Source: Pocillopora damicornis (lineage: Eukaryota). Taken from it: a DNA stretch of 64,000 bases. The notes under the pieces are model-generated. The model made no database searches. It saw only the letters and a program-made list of their open reading frames with translations, and was not told the origin of the DNA. Shown here piece by piece: positions 51,001 to 63,582 of the stretch. The position numbers and the translations under genes are program-made. Within the stretch, counting starts at the first letter, position 1. Every line of letters begins with the position of its first letter. The stretch spans positions 62,001 through 126,000 of the forward strand of contig NW_020843670.1 of NCBI RefSeq assembly GCF_003704095.1, in the 5' to 3' direction.

Positions 51001-52005
51001 CTACAGTTTAGTCAGTGTTACTGATCGGGCCCGTGTCGACAATCGTCTCATGGTCTGCATTTCAAACGAAACTTTTCCGTAAGCCTTTCTTCCTTTTTTC
51101 CCACATGAAACGATCCAAATAAAAGCTCTCCTGCAGTTGTTCAGACGCCATGAATAAATAAACGGGTTCATAGAACTGTTTGCTAAAATGAGCAGAAACT
51201 GAATGTCACGCGAGAATAGCACAAGGTCACAACCACATGTAGAGCATAAGTTGATGACATATATGCCGGCGCAGGCAGGCAGATAACAAGAAATGAATAA
51301 CACCAACATAATAAGTAATGTCTTCGTTATCTTTTGTTCCCAGCGCATTCTGATTTTCTTAGCGCGATTATCCTCTGTGCTATCATGTAAACTGTCCCAT
51401 TCCCGAACTTGACGTCGAAATATCTTGTAAATACGCACATAAGCAAATAGCAAAACTAGAAAAGTCATCACGACTGCAGTATTTGCGAACAGAAATGCGT
51501 AGCTAAAGAAACCCAAGTACAGATACGCAAAAGGGAAACTCAGTGATATCGTCCATACAATAACACAGGCAAATAGGGCCCGCAAAGGACTCAAATTTGC
51601 TCTGTATCGAAATGGTGATGTTATTGCGACGTAACGATCCATTGTGAGGGCCGCCAGACTGAGAACAGAGGCCGTGCACGAAATAAAGAAAGGCATATGG
51701 ACGGTAGCGCTGAGAACTTCATAGTCGATCACTCCAAGAGCGTTCTTTATGTGGTAAAAAGCTGAAACTGGTTCTGTAACAAGGCCCACTAACAAATCGG
51801 CCATCGCAAGATTCGCCACCAAGTACATGAATGGGGAACGTAAGTCTTTATTCGGATCAACGAAAACTGCCATAACCACGATAAGATTTCCCGGCACAGT
51901 GATGAGACACAGAAGCGCTGACACCCCACCAGTTATAAATGGAAGGATTGCTGGGGCGGTCGAATTCACACATGGCGTTTCAAAGAATATAAAAGTGTCG
52001 TCCAT
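51001..52005 (-). CDS. Class A GPCR (distinct subfamily from the tandem trio)
   Basis: GN in TM1, NLAMAD, DRY, CYLP, NPFIY; N-terminal NST sequon. Confidence 0.93.
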   Translation of the reverse strand: MDDTFIFFETPCVNSTAPAILPFITGGVSALLCLITVPGNLIVVMAVFVDPNKDLRSPFMYLVANLAMADLLVGLVTEPVSAFYHIKNALGVIDYEVLSATVHMPFFISCTASVLSLAALTMDRYVAITSPFRYRANLSPLRALFACVIVWTISLSFPFAYLYLGFFSYAFLFANTAVVMTFLVLLFAYVRIYKIFRRQVREWDSLHDSTEDNRAKKIRMRWEQKITKTLLIMLVLFISCYLPACAGIYVINLCSTCGCDLVLFSRDIQFLLILANSSMNPFIYSWRLNNCRRAFIWIVSCGKKGRKAYGKVSFEMQTMRRLSTRARSVTLTKL

Positions 52006-53766
52006 ATTCTCAGATTTTTACTTGAGTGTGATCAATAGTAGAAACGTAGTAAATTGTATACTTGGCCTGTTTCCAGTTTAGTTCTCCGTTTGTGTGACAG
52101 TTGCCCGATTGACAAGCCATTTAGATGATGTAACTCATCCTGATTGGGGAGAGGCGAGTAGAGTTTACGCTAACGTTGCTATCGATTCATTGTTTCAACT
52201 TATTTGGTAAGAAATAAGAAACGATATTTCCGCTTCTCTGATGATGAGAAAGCGATGGGTGTGCGGGTTCAACACGTATAAACTGACCTCTATAGCCTTT
52301 TATGTGACAGGATAGGTTACAGTGGTATAGATAAAAAGATTTCCGATGACAGGTTGAGATCTTCTTGCACAGAAGAAAATTTTAACTTACGCACTGATTG
52401 ATTGAGTGCGCCCGCTGGTTTAATAAAGGAACAGGAAAATAATTACTTAAATTTGATAATAAATACTGTCTGTTACGTGCTGCAAAATGCTTACCTTTGT
52501 CTCCAGATACCAGTCTCACATGTTTAGTTAATACTTAGCTCAACATGTGGGTGTGATGGAAAGTTTGTTTGTCCAAGAGGATATCAGCTCATGTCATTTT
52601 CTATGATACTTGAAGGTACAACTCAAACTTTCTTTCTAATGAACAGTCTTTCCTCGCGTACGGTCTTTCAAGATACTCGGCAATGGATAAATATTCTAGA
52701 TTTGACTTTTAGCCCTGAACGCTCTAGGTCTGGTCTGTGTGGAGATATGTCCCTTTCCTGGAGGGGAGGACGCGGGCACGCGGTTGCATACGGGCAACCT
52801 GGACATGACTAACGTCTATTGTTTGTAGTTCAAAGCTAGACGTGACATCGTTGTCAATTCAAGCCGCATGGGAGGACCCCTCCCCATCCGCGCTCGGAAA
52901 GGAAAGGAAAAAAAGACAGGAAGTCCTGGCTGAAAGATCAGGGAGACAAAAATAAATCAGTAAGAACTCTTGAGGAAATGGTAAACGTCTAATGATTATA
53001 TTCGTGCATAAGAGGGCAAGTTTGAAAAGTAATGAGAATTCTAGTAAAGTCTACAAACACGTCTTCTTTCCACGTTCACCCCGCGATTAAGAAGCAATCA
53101 CCACAAATAAAACGATTCCGAAATATGACTGCCCCCGAGCGTCTATTCTTTCTTACTACCGATGCGACTGTCACGTCTAAAGAGAGTTTCGTATACTAAG
53201 GAGTTCAAGTAAATTTGAATGTACGCCGATATCAAGGACATAATTTCGTTAAATTTTTCTGTACCTTTTGAATATTTTTTCCGCTCGGAATTCAATCACT
53301 TCCCTGTTTATATCACTCAAGCATTTTATAACAGGATGGCCCTTGCTTGTTTCTGACTTATCTCATCCTCCCGGGAGGTTAACTTTTGGAGTATGGAGGT
53401 TTTGGTTTTTCTCTCTTTCATGGAGTATTCGGGGATGTCCAACTTGCGATTTCAAGTTTTCTCTATTCTGGGGGATATTTTGGCCAGCATAAAGACTCCA
53501 GTTTTGATTCACAAGTGATTTTTCGATTTTCGTTGTGTTTCACTCTTGTTTGGATGGTTAAATGGGCTGCCAACATTTCGTTGATTGTAGGCATGAGCAA
53601 TTCATGCTTATTAACATTAGACGCGGTTACACACGTACACCATCTGTCTAAGGTTTCTCAAGTCCCAAGGGGTAATTGGCCTGGCTAAGGATCAGCTTGG
53701 TTTTTCATTCAGGAGCATGATATTTTCCGGTTACACTGCTAATAATAGCCCGAAGTCAGGCGTAAC

Positions 53767-53980
53767 ACCCTGCAGATTAGGCGTAATTGTTTTGCTTTTT
53801 TCAGTCGCACGGAAACAAGCGCGAGGCGGCGCGAAGTGCGAGTCACTCGCGAGGGGAGGAGTGCAAAAGGAAAAAAAACCCAAATAAGGAATAACTTTTT
53901 CGCGCTCCTCTTCTCGCACTCGCTTAGCTCTTGACTGCGTTCAATAAAACTCAAAAAATTACGGGGTGTTCTGCAGGCTA
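53767..53980. mobile_element. GC-rich MITE related to 39522-39743
   Basis: cctgcagattaggcgtaatt ... aattacggggtgttctgcaggcta inverted ends. Confidence 0.6.
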
Positions 53981-55326
53981 CTCGTCTGATGGTATGACCA
54001 ACCCTCCAATATCAGATAATAGTTAGTGAGTTGTAGTAAATAATTTACAAAAGGTGATGAGCGGATTTACCAATTAAAAGAAAATTGACATTGAAGAAAG
54101 TCCAGGTACTATCCCGGAGTCCAGCCTAGGATCCTGCTCAATCTTCCTAAGTGACCAAAGTCAGGATCAAGTGATGGGCTCCTGCCAAAGTTAATTACCT
54201 AGGAGGTGATCAATTTCTTTCGGTAGGAGCTCAATTGACTGTTCTGTCTTTGCAACACCTTTTTGAGGGAGCCATTGGTGGTTGCTGATTTTTTCTTTTT
54301 TTGTGATGCACTATTCACAATTAAGTTAAAGGTCAAAAAATTTTTTTAAAGCTTGATCGAAAGCATCATCACTATCAACCCATCTTCTTATTTGTGAAAT
54401 TTATAACCGATGCCTTTCCCTTTCTCATTTTGGTGGGTCTCAGCTTGTAAAAGGTGTTATACTTCAGTCCCTGGGGAGTGTTTTTTACGTCGAAATCAAC
54501 CATAACTTAGCGCCAATGATATTTTCACGTTTTCGGCCTCTAAAGCGACTCTTTGTAAACATATGCCATGAGTCAAAGCAAAAGTATGCTTCAGCTAGAG
54601 AAAGCATTAAAGAGTTGAATCTCTCAAAATTACTCTTTACTTAAGAAGAAACATCTTCCCAAACAAAACCTAGCTTACATTCCAGTAGACCTCGTGTTGT
54701 ACAGCAAATTCAATCTATTTATTCATTTATTTCAATTTAATAGCTAATCTAAATGGAACACAACAGTACTGAGAGTAACAAGAAAACAATCGGCAACTAT
54801 ACATGGATAATCCGAAAACAGTCAGGGATAGTTATCAAATTTGATAACAACGTGACGTTACAACATGGTGACCATTTCGGAAATCGAAGACGAGCCACTG
54901 AGGACAGATAACTATGCTAAATAATAGAATAGAATGAAAACATACCCAAGTTAGAATTCCGAGATGCTCAAAAAAACAAAATTACTTTTATGAGAAAAAT
55001 TACACTTCCCACCCCTTTAATCTAGATGCCATTAAAAATATTTTAACTTCTGCTCTAAAATTATTAACATTATTATTTGTACAATGAGTTTCTTAGCTAA
55101 GCGATTCCAGAAAAGACTTTTATGGTCATTATCTCTTGCAGCTTTCTTGTGTAAAAGTGAATTGTCTCAATTATGGTCAAAAGCATGCGTAGCAATGAAC
55201 ACTGGCCGACTGGTGGTTGCACCACTACATCTCTGACAAAGTGATCAGGCGACCCACTTCCCCTCCCCCCCCAGCCCCTCTCCCTCAAAAGCCACAAGGT
55301 CTCATTCAAAACTGTCCCAGCCATGG

Positions 55327-55402
55327 TAGCCTACATGTGGCCGTACCCTCCTTCCGCCGAGGTGAAACCTTGAATGGGGAGGGTACGGCTACACGTAGGC
55401 TA
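55327..55402. mobile_element. Short hairpin MITE, same family as 15576-15649
   Basis: tagcctacatgtggccgtaccctcc ... ggagggtacggctacacgtaggcta. Confidence 0.7.
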
Positions 55403-57404
55403 CAACCATGGCCGATTATTGCAGCTAGAATCCGTTTCTAAATACTAGTGGACTTAGCTGCCAACTATCGCAAGGCCAGTGCTGACTTTCTTGACAGATC
55501 AGATAACAGCGGTATTCCTTCCACGAACATCAATTGAATCCTCTCTTATGTAACCGTTTGGACTCTATTAATATCTCGGATTAAACTTAACACTGATATG
55601 GAGGGCACGCGTCAGAATGTTTGCTCTCAGTGACGACACGTGAAGGAGAAATGGTGAGGTGGATGTTCAGTCTCCATCCGAGATAATCCCCATGGCTCTC
55701 TTTTGAAAACCGTAAGATATCATCTGTGATCTCACTAACGGTATTACTTGACGAAGATTTTTTCTCTAACCTGCGAAGGGGAAAATTTAATATCTCAGTG
55801 GGTCTTTAAGTTAGGGTTGATGATGTAGATGAGTGTTCCTAAAGCGAAACTGTTGACAGAAAGAAGGTTGCCGGAAATAACTATAATACATACGGTAAGA
55901 TCTTTGGAAAAACCGCAAAATTCCTAATTCTTGTATTCATACAAAGAGCTAAAAATATAATCAAATATGTGTTGAAATCTAAGTTTCTGACCTTCAAACT
56001 GCTAAAATTGCCTCAAGCCATGATCTAAAAGTGAAACGCTTTGCTGATAAAACCAGCCAAAAAAGGAAATCAGTTGAACTTAAATTGAGACCAGAAATGT
56101 TTACGACAGGCGTGCCAAGACTACTGGAGAAGAAAAAATTAGGAGACCATGCAGTGTATTTAGGCCATGTAGATAGTAGACGTGACAACGGAATCATGGC
56201 ACATGACTACTTTTATATCTCGCAATAACTGCAAAGAGATTAACAATAAATCTTCCCTTACTATAACAGGCTTAATAAAAATCTTGTTAGTGTTTAGCAG
56301 ATTACGTTTCGTATTTCAATTGTATTGAGTGAGAAGTTGATTAAAACGATCGACCTTGAACTTTAATGACCATCAAGAACATGGCTAAAAACTGAATAAC
56401 ACTTAACTATGAAAGAACCAACAACTGAAACAACTATTAAACAAGAAACATCTGTGGCATGTTTATAGAACTAACAAGTGTTGCCAAAAGCTTTTTTTAA
56501 ACGTGTCTCTCAACCTTTAAAATACTTTGAATTCAAGTGTACTCGAACTCTATTTTTATCGAGCAGTATTGCCATATCTACAGATTTATCGGCACTCAAT
56601 TTGTTGATTAATTTGGTGGAGGCGTGCTAAATTCTGTTGACAGTCATTGATTAGGCAACCTTACAAGCGATAAATAGGCGAAAGCACTCGCACTTTTAAG
56701 CTTGTTTGCCAATCTATCACTTTATATCAGCTTGTTAGAGGTGGTTAGTCGAATTAAACTTGAAAATCTTTATCCAGATTTGCGTAATGGAAGACACTCA
56801 TAATACGGTTTGAGTGAAACAAAACAATTCAATATGTGTGCTACTGAGCCCTGCGACAATAAAAGTCTGCCAGTGTTCATTGCTACCGACCCTTACTTAA
56901 AATATTTCCCTCGAAGCAACATTTCCGAACCACTAATTAAAAAAATGCTTCTCTTTTGGTTAAATTTCCGGCCAAAAACCTCGATTGGAATCTGTTTGTA
57001 GTCAAAGGCAAAATGCTTTACCTCGCTTGAACTAAAAGGGGCCCGTTCATAACGTTGGATACGCTTTAGCTTACGGAAATACATCTTAGACACTCAACAG
57101 CTTCAAAAAATTGCACTAGCCGAGAATTTCAGCATGCCAGACGGAATTAACATCTACTCTGAGAGAGTGGAATTAAAATGTTGAACATTTTGCTCGTAGC
57201 TAACATTTCTTGTCCGAGCTGTGGCGGGTACTACAAAGAGGCCGGCCAAAAGGGGTATTGATGTCAACATTTCCTCCCACTGGTTATAAAAGGGAACTTA
57301 AACGTTGGAGAACAGATGAAAAATAGTGCCAAGACCTGTTGACAGTGACACCTTATTGATGGGCAGGAGAAACCACATTTCCTAATCTTCGAGAATCGTC
57401 GTGA

Positions 57405-57410
57405 TATAAA
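57405..57410 (+). promoter_or_regulatory. Candidate TATA box of the secreted-peptide gene
   Basis: TATAAA about 90 nt upstream of the ATG at 57496. Confidence 0.4.
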
Positions 57411-57495
57411 TTGCGTCCAGGTTTACCACTAGTTCATAGTGCGATTTCATGGTGCATCTCAGAGGACCTTGTTAGGATAAGAGAAGATCAACAAG

Positions 57496-57890
57496 ATGAA
57501 AACAACAACTTTTCTCGTCGTAGCAGCTATCTTACTTTCTTTTATTGTTGAGGAGAGTGACGGAAAAGTTACCACAGTTCTACATCATGGTCGCATTAGA
57601 AGCCTTCAGAAAAAGCGGAGACGAACGGAGAAAAAGGGTCAACCAAAAGCAAATCAGAAGGGTGGAAATCATACTAAGCATGCCGGATACCGAACTCAGA
57701 AAGTAGGATATTATCTTAAAGTTTTTTGTTTTCTTTTATATAAGATAAAGAGGATAATACTTTTTAAACAAAATTTACTAGTTGTGCTAGCTTACAAAAA
57801 TAGGAAATGCACTGAGTCAAAAACAATTCTTTTTTATTTGTTTAGAAATACACCAGATGGCACGAGTCTCCAAGCTGGATGACCGAGTGA
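57496..57890 (+). CDS. Small secreted cationic prepropeptide (83 aa; exons 57496-57702 and 57846-57890)
   Basis: Signal peptide MKTTTFLVVAAILLSFIVEESDG, then KVTTVLHHGR-IRSLQKKRRR-TEKKG...RTQK|gtagga...tttag|KYTRWHESPSWMTE*. Splice model is inferred. Confidence 0.7.
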
Positions 57891-59321
57891 CTGAACATCG
57901 CTCTTCAGTTGAGATGCAAGTTTTATGCGTCGACAAACAAGAAGTCAAGATGCAGTTGAGAGACTGGTTTTCGTTTTTTATACTTACACGAGTCCGACTA
58001 TACATGAACGCTATCATAAATTAATCATCCGATTTTAGTAAAATAGTACTTTTAGGACATAATTTTTTGCAATTGTTTACTTCACGAGTTATTTGCCTCA
58101 ATTCGACATAAAGGCCTACGGAGAATTCCAGTGGTCAGTTTTCGCCCAAGATCTGCCTGCTGTTATAATAGGATTAACTGTCCTCAAGAGGTAAAGCTGA
58201 TTACACTATGATAAAGCTTTCAAAGCAAGGCGTACAACCAGTTGAATTGTACATCAAGTTCATCATGTAGTTTTAAACAATTGCCAATGACCAGGCGATC
58301 AAAAGAGCAGTAGAATCGTACCCATGAGTTGACTGTGTATATAGTAAGTACCATTTCACGCCTGATTGCATGTAATTCCCACGCTTTTTCATTTGTTGAG
58401 CCTTTGTCGTTGTAAGCTATATCAACGACAGCAGCTGTAATATATATTTGAGCTTTTTTTTTTTCTGAGATGGATCGCAGGATCATAATAACTAACTTGT
58501 TGAAAAAAATTACTGTCAAATAAAAGTGACATTAGTTGTATGACTCCTAGTCAGTCTACTCAACCCTGTTTTAAAAGTGAAAGGTTTTCAAAACATCGAA
58601 TATATAAAGGAAACTTATTATAACTTATTCATCGGGATCAAAACAAGTCATTGAGGTTTAAGGTACCAGAATATTCTGTTAGCCTCAGACGACTCAAATT
58701 GCGTATGTTTATCATCTCTTAATGGCGCACATTTCAGCAAGTCCGTATCTCCTGCAACGCAAAATATACGATCGGAATGACTAAAAATAAACTCTCTTTC
58801 TTCGCATCTGCACAATTTGTTGACCGGTGGTAATTTACATCACACAGCATGAAGATTTTTGATGAAAAGCTTCGACTCAAACATTACACTGCGAAATATT
58901 TCAAAGAATTATAACTTAATTTTCTGACATCATAGCTATTTTACAACTTGGTTGCTTTTATATGACTTGTTTTGCTGCTGAAGTGGGAGAGACAGATTCA
59001 TTAACAATAACTAATTATCATATATGCGATGGTCTGTTATCACATCACCATTAATTAATTATCAGCTGACTTCATTCAACACAAGTTCAAGCTATGAAAG
59101 TTATGTGAAATTGCATTTTTCCCCGCCACGCGACTCACACGGCATACCTTGTTTTCCCTAGTAGTTTTATACCCTCCATATTAGCCAAACTTCCTGGAAA
59201 AGCGTTGTCATTAAGTAATTTTGTAAAGATTATTCGGAAAAAAATTAACCCCAACAGTGCCTATGTCAATTCAGTAGTTATTGCAATAACATTTGTTTGT
59301 TTTCAGACTTTCCTTTCCATT

Positions 59322-59984
59322 TCAGTCAGTTAACAGAATTCTTGGTAGTACGTGACGTTTCGACCTATGCCAAGAGCTTTTGTCTGATTTTCCTTCTGGC
59401 CTTGATATCTGTGTAGACAGATTCGGTTTGTTTTCTGACTGTTGCCGTTTCCTGTGTTCGTTGCTGTGCGTGGCAAGACCGCTATAGAGTGCTTTTTCTC
59501 GCTTGCTATTCCTATCACGTTCATGGACATCTTTGCCTAACGATCGCCACATTTGGTTATATATCTTTCGCTCTGTATAATGCCTCCATTTCCATCGCGA
59601 ATAATTTATTTTCTCCTTCAAGATTCTTTCTATTGCTGGAAATGAATTCGAAAGTGTCAATGGTTGACTGTTTTGCTTGTATGCTGTAGCATTCTGAAGT
59701 GCTACTTCAGTCAAACGTAAGTCACAAATGTTTGGTAAACTTCTGCTGAAACGATTTTGTTGTAACTCAAGTGATGGTCTTGTCTTGAAGTCTTGTTCTA
59801 GCTCGCCAATAATTTGCTTTAAGCACAAAGATCTGTTTTGTAACTGAACCTCTTGGACGATATGGTTATTCACAGATTGTGCAGTAAGACTGCAATCGCC
59901 TCTTGACCGTGACCCGTCCAATCTGTGACGACGACGTCGCTGATTTTCTGGTAGTTCTCCTAGCCAGTTCTGAGCTGTTCTCAT
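59322..59984 (-). CDS. Uncharacterised basic protein (~220 aa)
   Basis: Long R/K/S-rich ORF; contains SLPNI, FPAI and terminal VLPRI. First ATG at 59984; it may instead be a terminal exon. Confidence 0.5.
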   Translation of the reverse strand: MRTAQNWLGELPENQRRRRHRLDGSRSRGDCSLTAQSVNNHIVQEVQLQNRSLCLKQIIGELEQDFKTRPSLELQQNRFSRSLPNICDLRLTEVALQNATAYKQNSQPLTLSNSFPAIERILKEKINYSRWKWRHYTERKIYNQMWRSLGKDVHERDRNSKREKALYSGLATHSNEHRKRQQSENKPNLSTQISRPEGKSDKSSWHRSKRHVLPRILLTD

Positions 59985-61656
59985 TTTCAACGGGTACCAT
60001 AAGGCCCCTTTCCCTCCATTTCTAAACCAGAAATGTCTAGTGGTTTAATTGTGATCATCAAAAAAAGATGCCGTATTGTTGTTATATTTGCATCAATTAA
60101 AGGAAAGCCTTAAGCACGCAGATTTTCCGGCTTACAGTAACTTGTTAACGCTTTTGCAATACTAAAACGGTCTCTAAACATCACTCGTGGCCAAAGAATA
60201 CTCTTCAATGGAAGTTTTTGTCGATAATCATCAATTTGCTTATTTTATTAAAAACGCATGCACTCAATTAAACTTTGAAATTTTACACGGTCGTTATTAA
60301 ACTTAAGTGGTTGCAGAAATTTACTTACTAATGAGACCTTAATGCGTTTTATTGTTTTCTGGTCATTGTAAACTTTGGCCATTATTTTAGGCAATTTGTA
60401 AACACAAAACGAGTGCCTATTTCCAAACTTTAATTAAAATCTTGGTTGATTGTGGGGCAGTTGTTACGGCTTAAAATGAATTGATGGACAGCCCTGAGTA
60501 TCATCAATAACCCTAGAAAGTTTTAGAAAACCCTCAATATACAGCTAAGCGAAAGTTCTCACTAAAAGGGTTGCCTAAACGAGTTTTGATGCTGTAATTT
60601 TTGTATTTTTAAATAAGTTAATTCAGCATTGAATTGAAGTATTCCTGAAATAAAAGAGTATTGAGCAGTGACTAATATACGACTACTAATTAAATATATG
60701 TCTTATAATGTACTGGTTTAATCTCTTAATCCTCTCTTCGCAAAACTAATTCTATTTCCTACTAACAGGATTTACAGCTTACTGACAAGTGTAATTACAT
60801 AGAATTTAACCTGCCGTCGGTAAAGACAGAAACTCCCGTATCCTTGGTCTTTATGGCCTTCTTAGCTCATTTACTGTTTCAAAGAAGGAACAAAGTATTA
60901 CTAGAAGGAAGGCAGCCAAATTGCTCATGTTCGTCGACATAACTTTCTTGCCCATATCACGAGGATTTTCATGCCCCCTCCGGAAAAAGTAGATCGCAAA
61001 GCCCGTTAGGAATGCTCACTCAAAAATATGACTTTTAGTTTATAAATAAGCTTTAACTCGATATGTTTACAGCCTGTTTAAAATAAACACATTTATTCCA
61101 CACAAGTGTAAATGGAACACGACGGGAAATGAAAAATACAGTAAGTGTCAAAAAGAACCTGCCGGCTTTACGTTCTGTTGACAGTGATATGGAAAGACCT
61201 CTACCAGTTCGTCAAATGACGTATCTGGTTTCTACGTGAAATGTTAAGGTTTAAAAACTGTTTCTCCTAGATTTAAGCGGTTGGCAAAGAAAGGGATGTT
61301 GATCAAGTCATGATTTTTTACGGGGTTAAGATTACTTGTGGGTTCTCCATAAAGTGGTACAACTCCGTTGCTTCCTTGAAACACCTGCACCATGGAGAGA
61401 ATTTTAAGCGCTTCACTCGGAATTTGGGGGCGTCTCAGTTTATTTTTAATCTTATAATTCATTATCTCGTTTTAAACGTGGAAAAGCCAAAAGAAAAAGA
61501 GGGGATAGGTCAATTTACGTCGCGTACATATAATTACAGGTAGAATTACAACTAACAGTCGCCAAGGGCCACAGCTTAGCCATTGACTCGTTCCCAGATT
61601 CCAAACACGTGTTCGCTGTGGAGGACGGGGAGGGCTGCTTCTCAGCAAACTCCAAA

Positions 61657-62107
61657 ATGGCGGCTACCGTGAAGAAACATGGAATTCGGAAGAGACGTTT
61701 TCCGCAAAGCGCCACGAGGCATGCTTTAGCTTCACCCTATCATCTCGAATGGTAAGAGTTTTTTTTAATGGGGCAACTAAAACGTAACAATTTCTCGAAG
61801 CAATTTAAGAGGATGAAATATTGCAAGTTGATTTTAAATGGATTTCAGCACGAAGTGAATGAAGCTCAACATAATTGGATTGTCTCTGGAAACGGAAAAA
61901 TACAGATTTCAAGCTATAGTTTTTGTTTGAACTTTATATATTCGTTTTATACGAAAATCCGCTTCATATACGATTGCTCCTCGATCTCTGGTATTGTCAT
62001 TATCATTAAACTGCTATTTTTAAAATCAACATTACTGCATCATCATTATTTCAAAGGCCTGCATTGAAAAGAGGAGGCAGCACAGCCATTATAAATGAAA
62101 TTATTAG
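61657..62107 (+). CDS. RPP38: First two exons (61657-61751, 62057-62107) of a gene resembling the N-terminus of RNase P/MRP subunit p38
   Basis: AAAATGGCGGC start; MAATVKKHGIRKRRFPQSATRHALASPYHLEW|PALKRGGSTAIINEII with phase-2 GT/AG junctions. Resembles the RPP38 N-terminal L..PY...W.AL.......I...L pattern as I recall it. Later exons not identified. Confidence 0.5.
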
Positions 62108-63102
62108 GTGAGTATCATACCGACTCGTATAATGTGATATGTGTTCGATGTTTGCACTTAGTCTAGAAAATTACTGAATAATGTCTGTATTGAACTCTAC
62201 GCTTACATTGATATTATTTTTTAGTGTTGCCAGTTAAGTAGTGCGAGGTTTTTTGCCTTTTTGTGTTGCATTTCAAGTAGAAAAGTAAAAATTGATATAA
62301 AGGCATTGTATTTTGACCCTTTAACTCTCAAGATCTGATTGTGAGGTCTTCCCTCAAGCTGATGCACATTTCTATGTTAAATAGTCATGAGAATTTGGTA
62401 TTAGATCAAGATAGCAACCTTTACCTGAGTATTCTTATTTTCTGTTTGCTGGATAAAATAAGGCTGTCATGGGAAGAAATTACATTTTAATTACTTTGGA
62501 TAGTTAAGGTGCTACTATGACAAAAAATTTTGCTTTTCTTTTTGTCATCTTTGAACAACGATTTGGTAAAAATGTTTAGACTTCTACAAAACCCTAGTTT
62601 TAAGGTCGATGAACGCAAAATAAGCCTTGAAATAGATGGCCAATTTTTGCTTCTTATAAATGGCATAGAAAATGTTGGTTTGTTGAGATGCACGTGTGAT
62701 ATCATTATGGAAAAGCTTGAATTAGTGCCAACTCTTTTTACTGTACACAGCTATTCTTGAATTGAGTAATGACAGGCGACCAACATAAAAAAACATGGTT
62801 TAAATAATTGAACTTCCCGTGCAAATATTGGATTAAAACTTGGCATGGTAAGTGTTTCTTACTTCTAGTCTCCAGGAGTGAAAAAAAAACAAAATAAAGG
62901 AAAATGTGAAACTTCAATCATAGTAGCACTTTAAGGGGTTAAAGCCAAACACATTTAAATCCACTAGATCATGATGTTGAATTTCTTCTTCAACCATTCC
63001 CCATTTAGTTATATTCATGAGAGAAAATACATCTTTATCTTGTTAAGAAGTCTTCCACATAATTATTTTGAAATATTAGAAGACATGATGTCATGTACCT
63101 AA

Positions 63103-63582
63103 TGTTATGGGTAATTGTTGTTGCTTTTAGAAATCTCCAGACTGCTGAGTCATGCTGACTTGCATACCATAGAACTTTCCAGAACATTTCATCGGGTCAC
63201 ACATTTATTATGTAAAACTACCAAAATAGTTCTTATGTAAGCTTCTGGAGTGTTCCAGAACTTTGTGAATATATGTAAAGACTCACTTATGTAGTAGTAA
63301 GAGCAGTTGTTGTTGGAGCGACGACTGTTTCGAAAGCTATACTGAGAGAGAGTTACTGCAGCAGAAGATTGCTCACTTCGAGGAACTTTGGAGACAGCAG
63401 TGAGATTGTGTCAATGGTGAACTAGGATATAGACTGTGGTGGGCTTAATTAATTGTATTAATGATAAGTATTGTACTGCTTTGAGGAGTTGCTCCTTGTA
63501 AAGAACATTACTACCTGTTTAATAAAGTAGTTGAGTTTGTGGGATTGTAGTGTTTTTCTGTTAGTTAGATCATACTGTAACA
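63103..63582 (+). mobile_element. Solo LTR (480 bp; 4-bp TSD, gypsy-like)
   Basis: TGTTA...TAACA termini; CTAA at 63099-63102 and 63583-63586; AATAAA at 63521-63526 followed by a GT-rich tract. Confidence 0.75.
63143..63261. promoter_or_regulatory. ARE/AP-1 site and heat-shock elements within the LTR U3
   Basis: TGCTGAGTCAT at 63143-63153; aGAAc-tTTCc-aGAAc at 63171-63185; cTTCt-gGAGt-gTTCc-aGAAc at 63242-63261. Confidence 0.55.

Noticed and set aside
30337-52081. Short ORFs overlapping or antisense to the GPCR, KCTD and orphan CDSs
   Set aside because: Alternative-frame shadows of the real coding regions.
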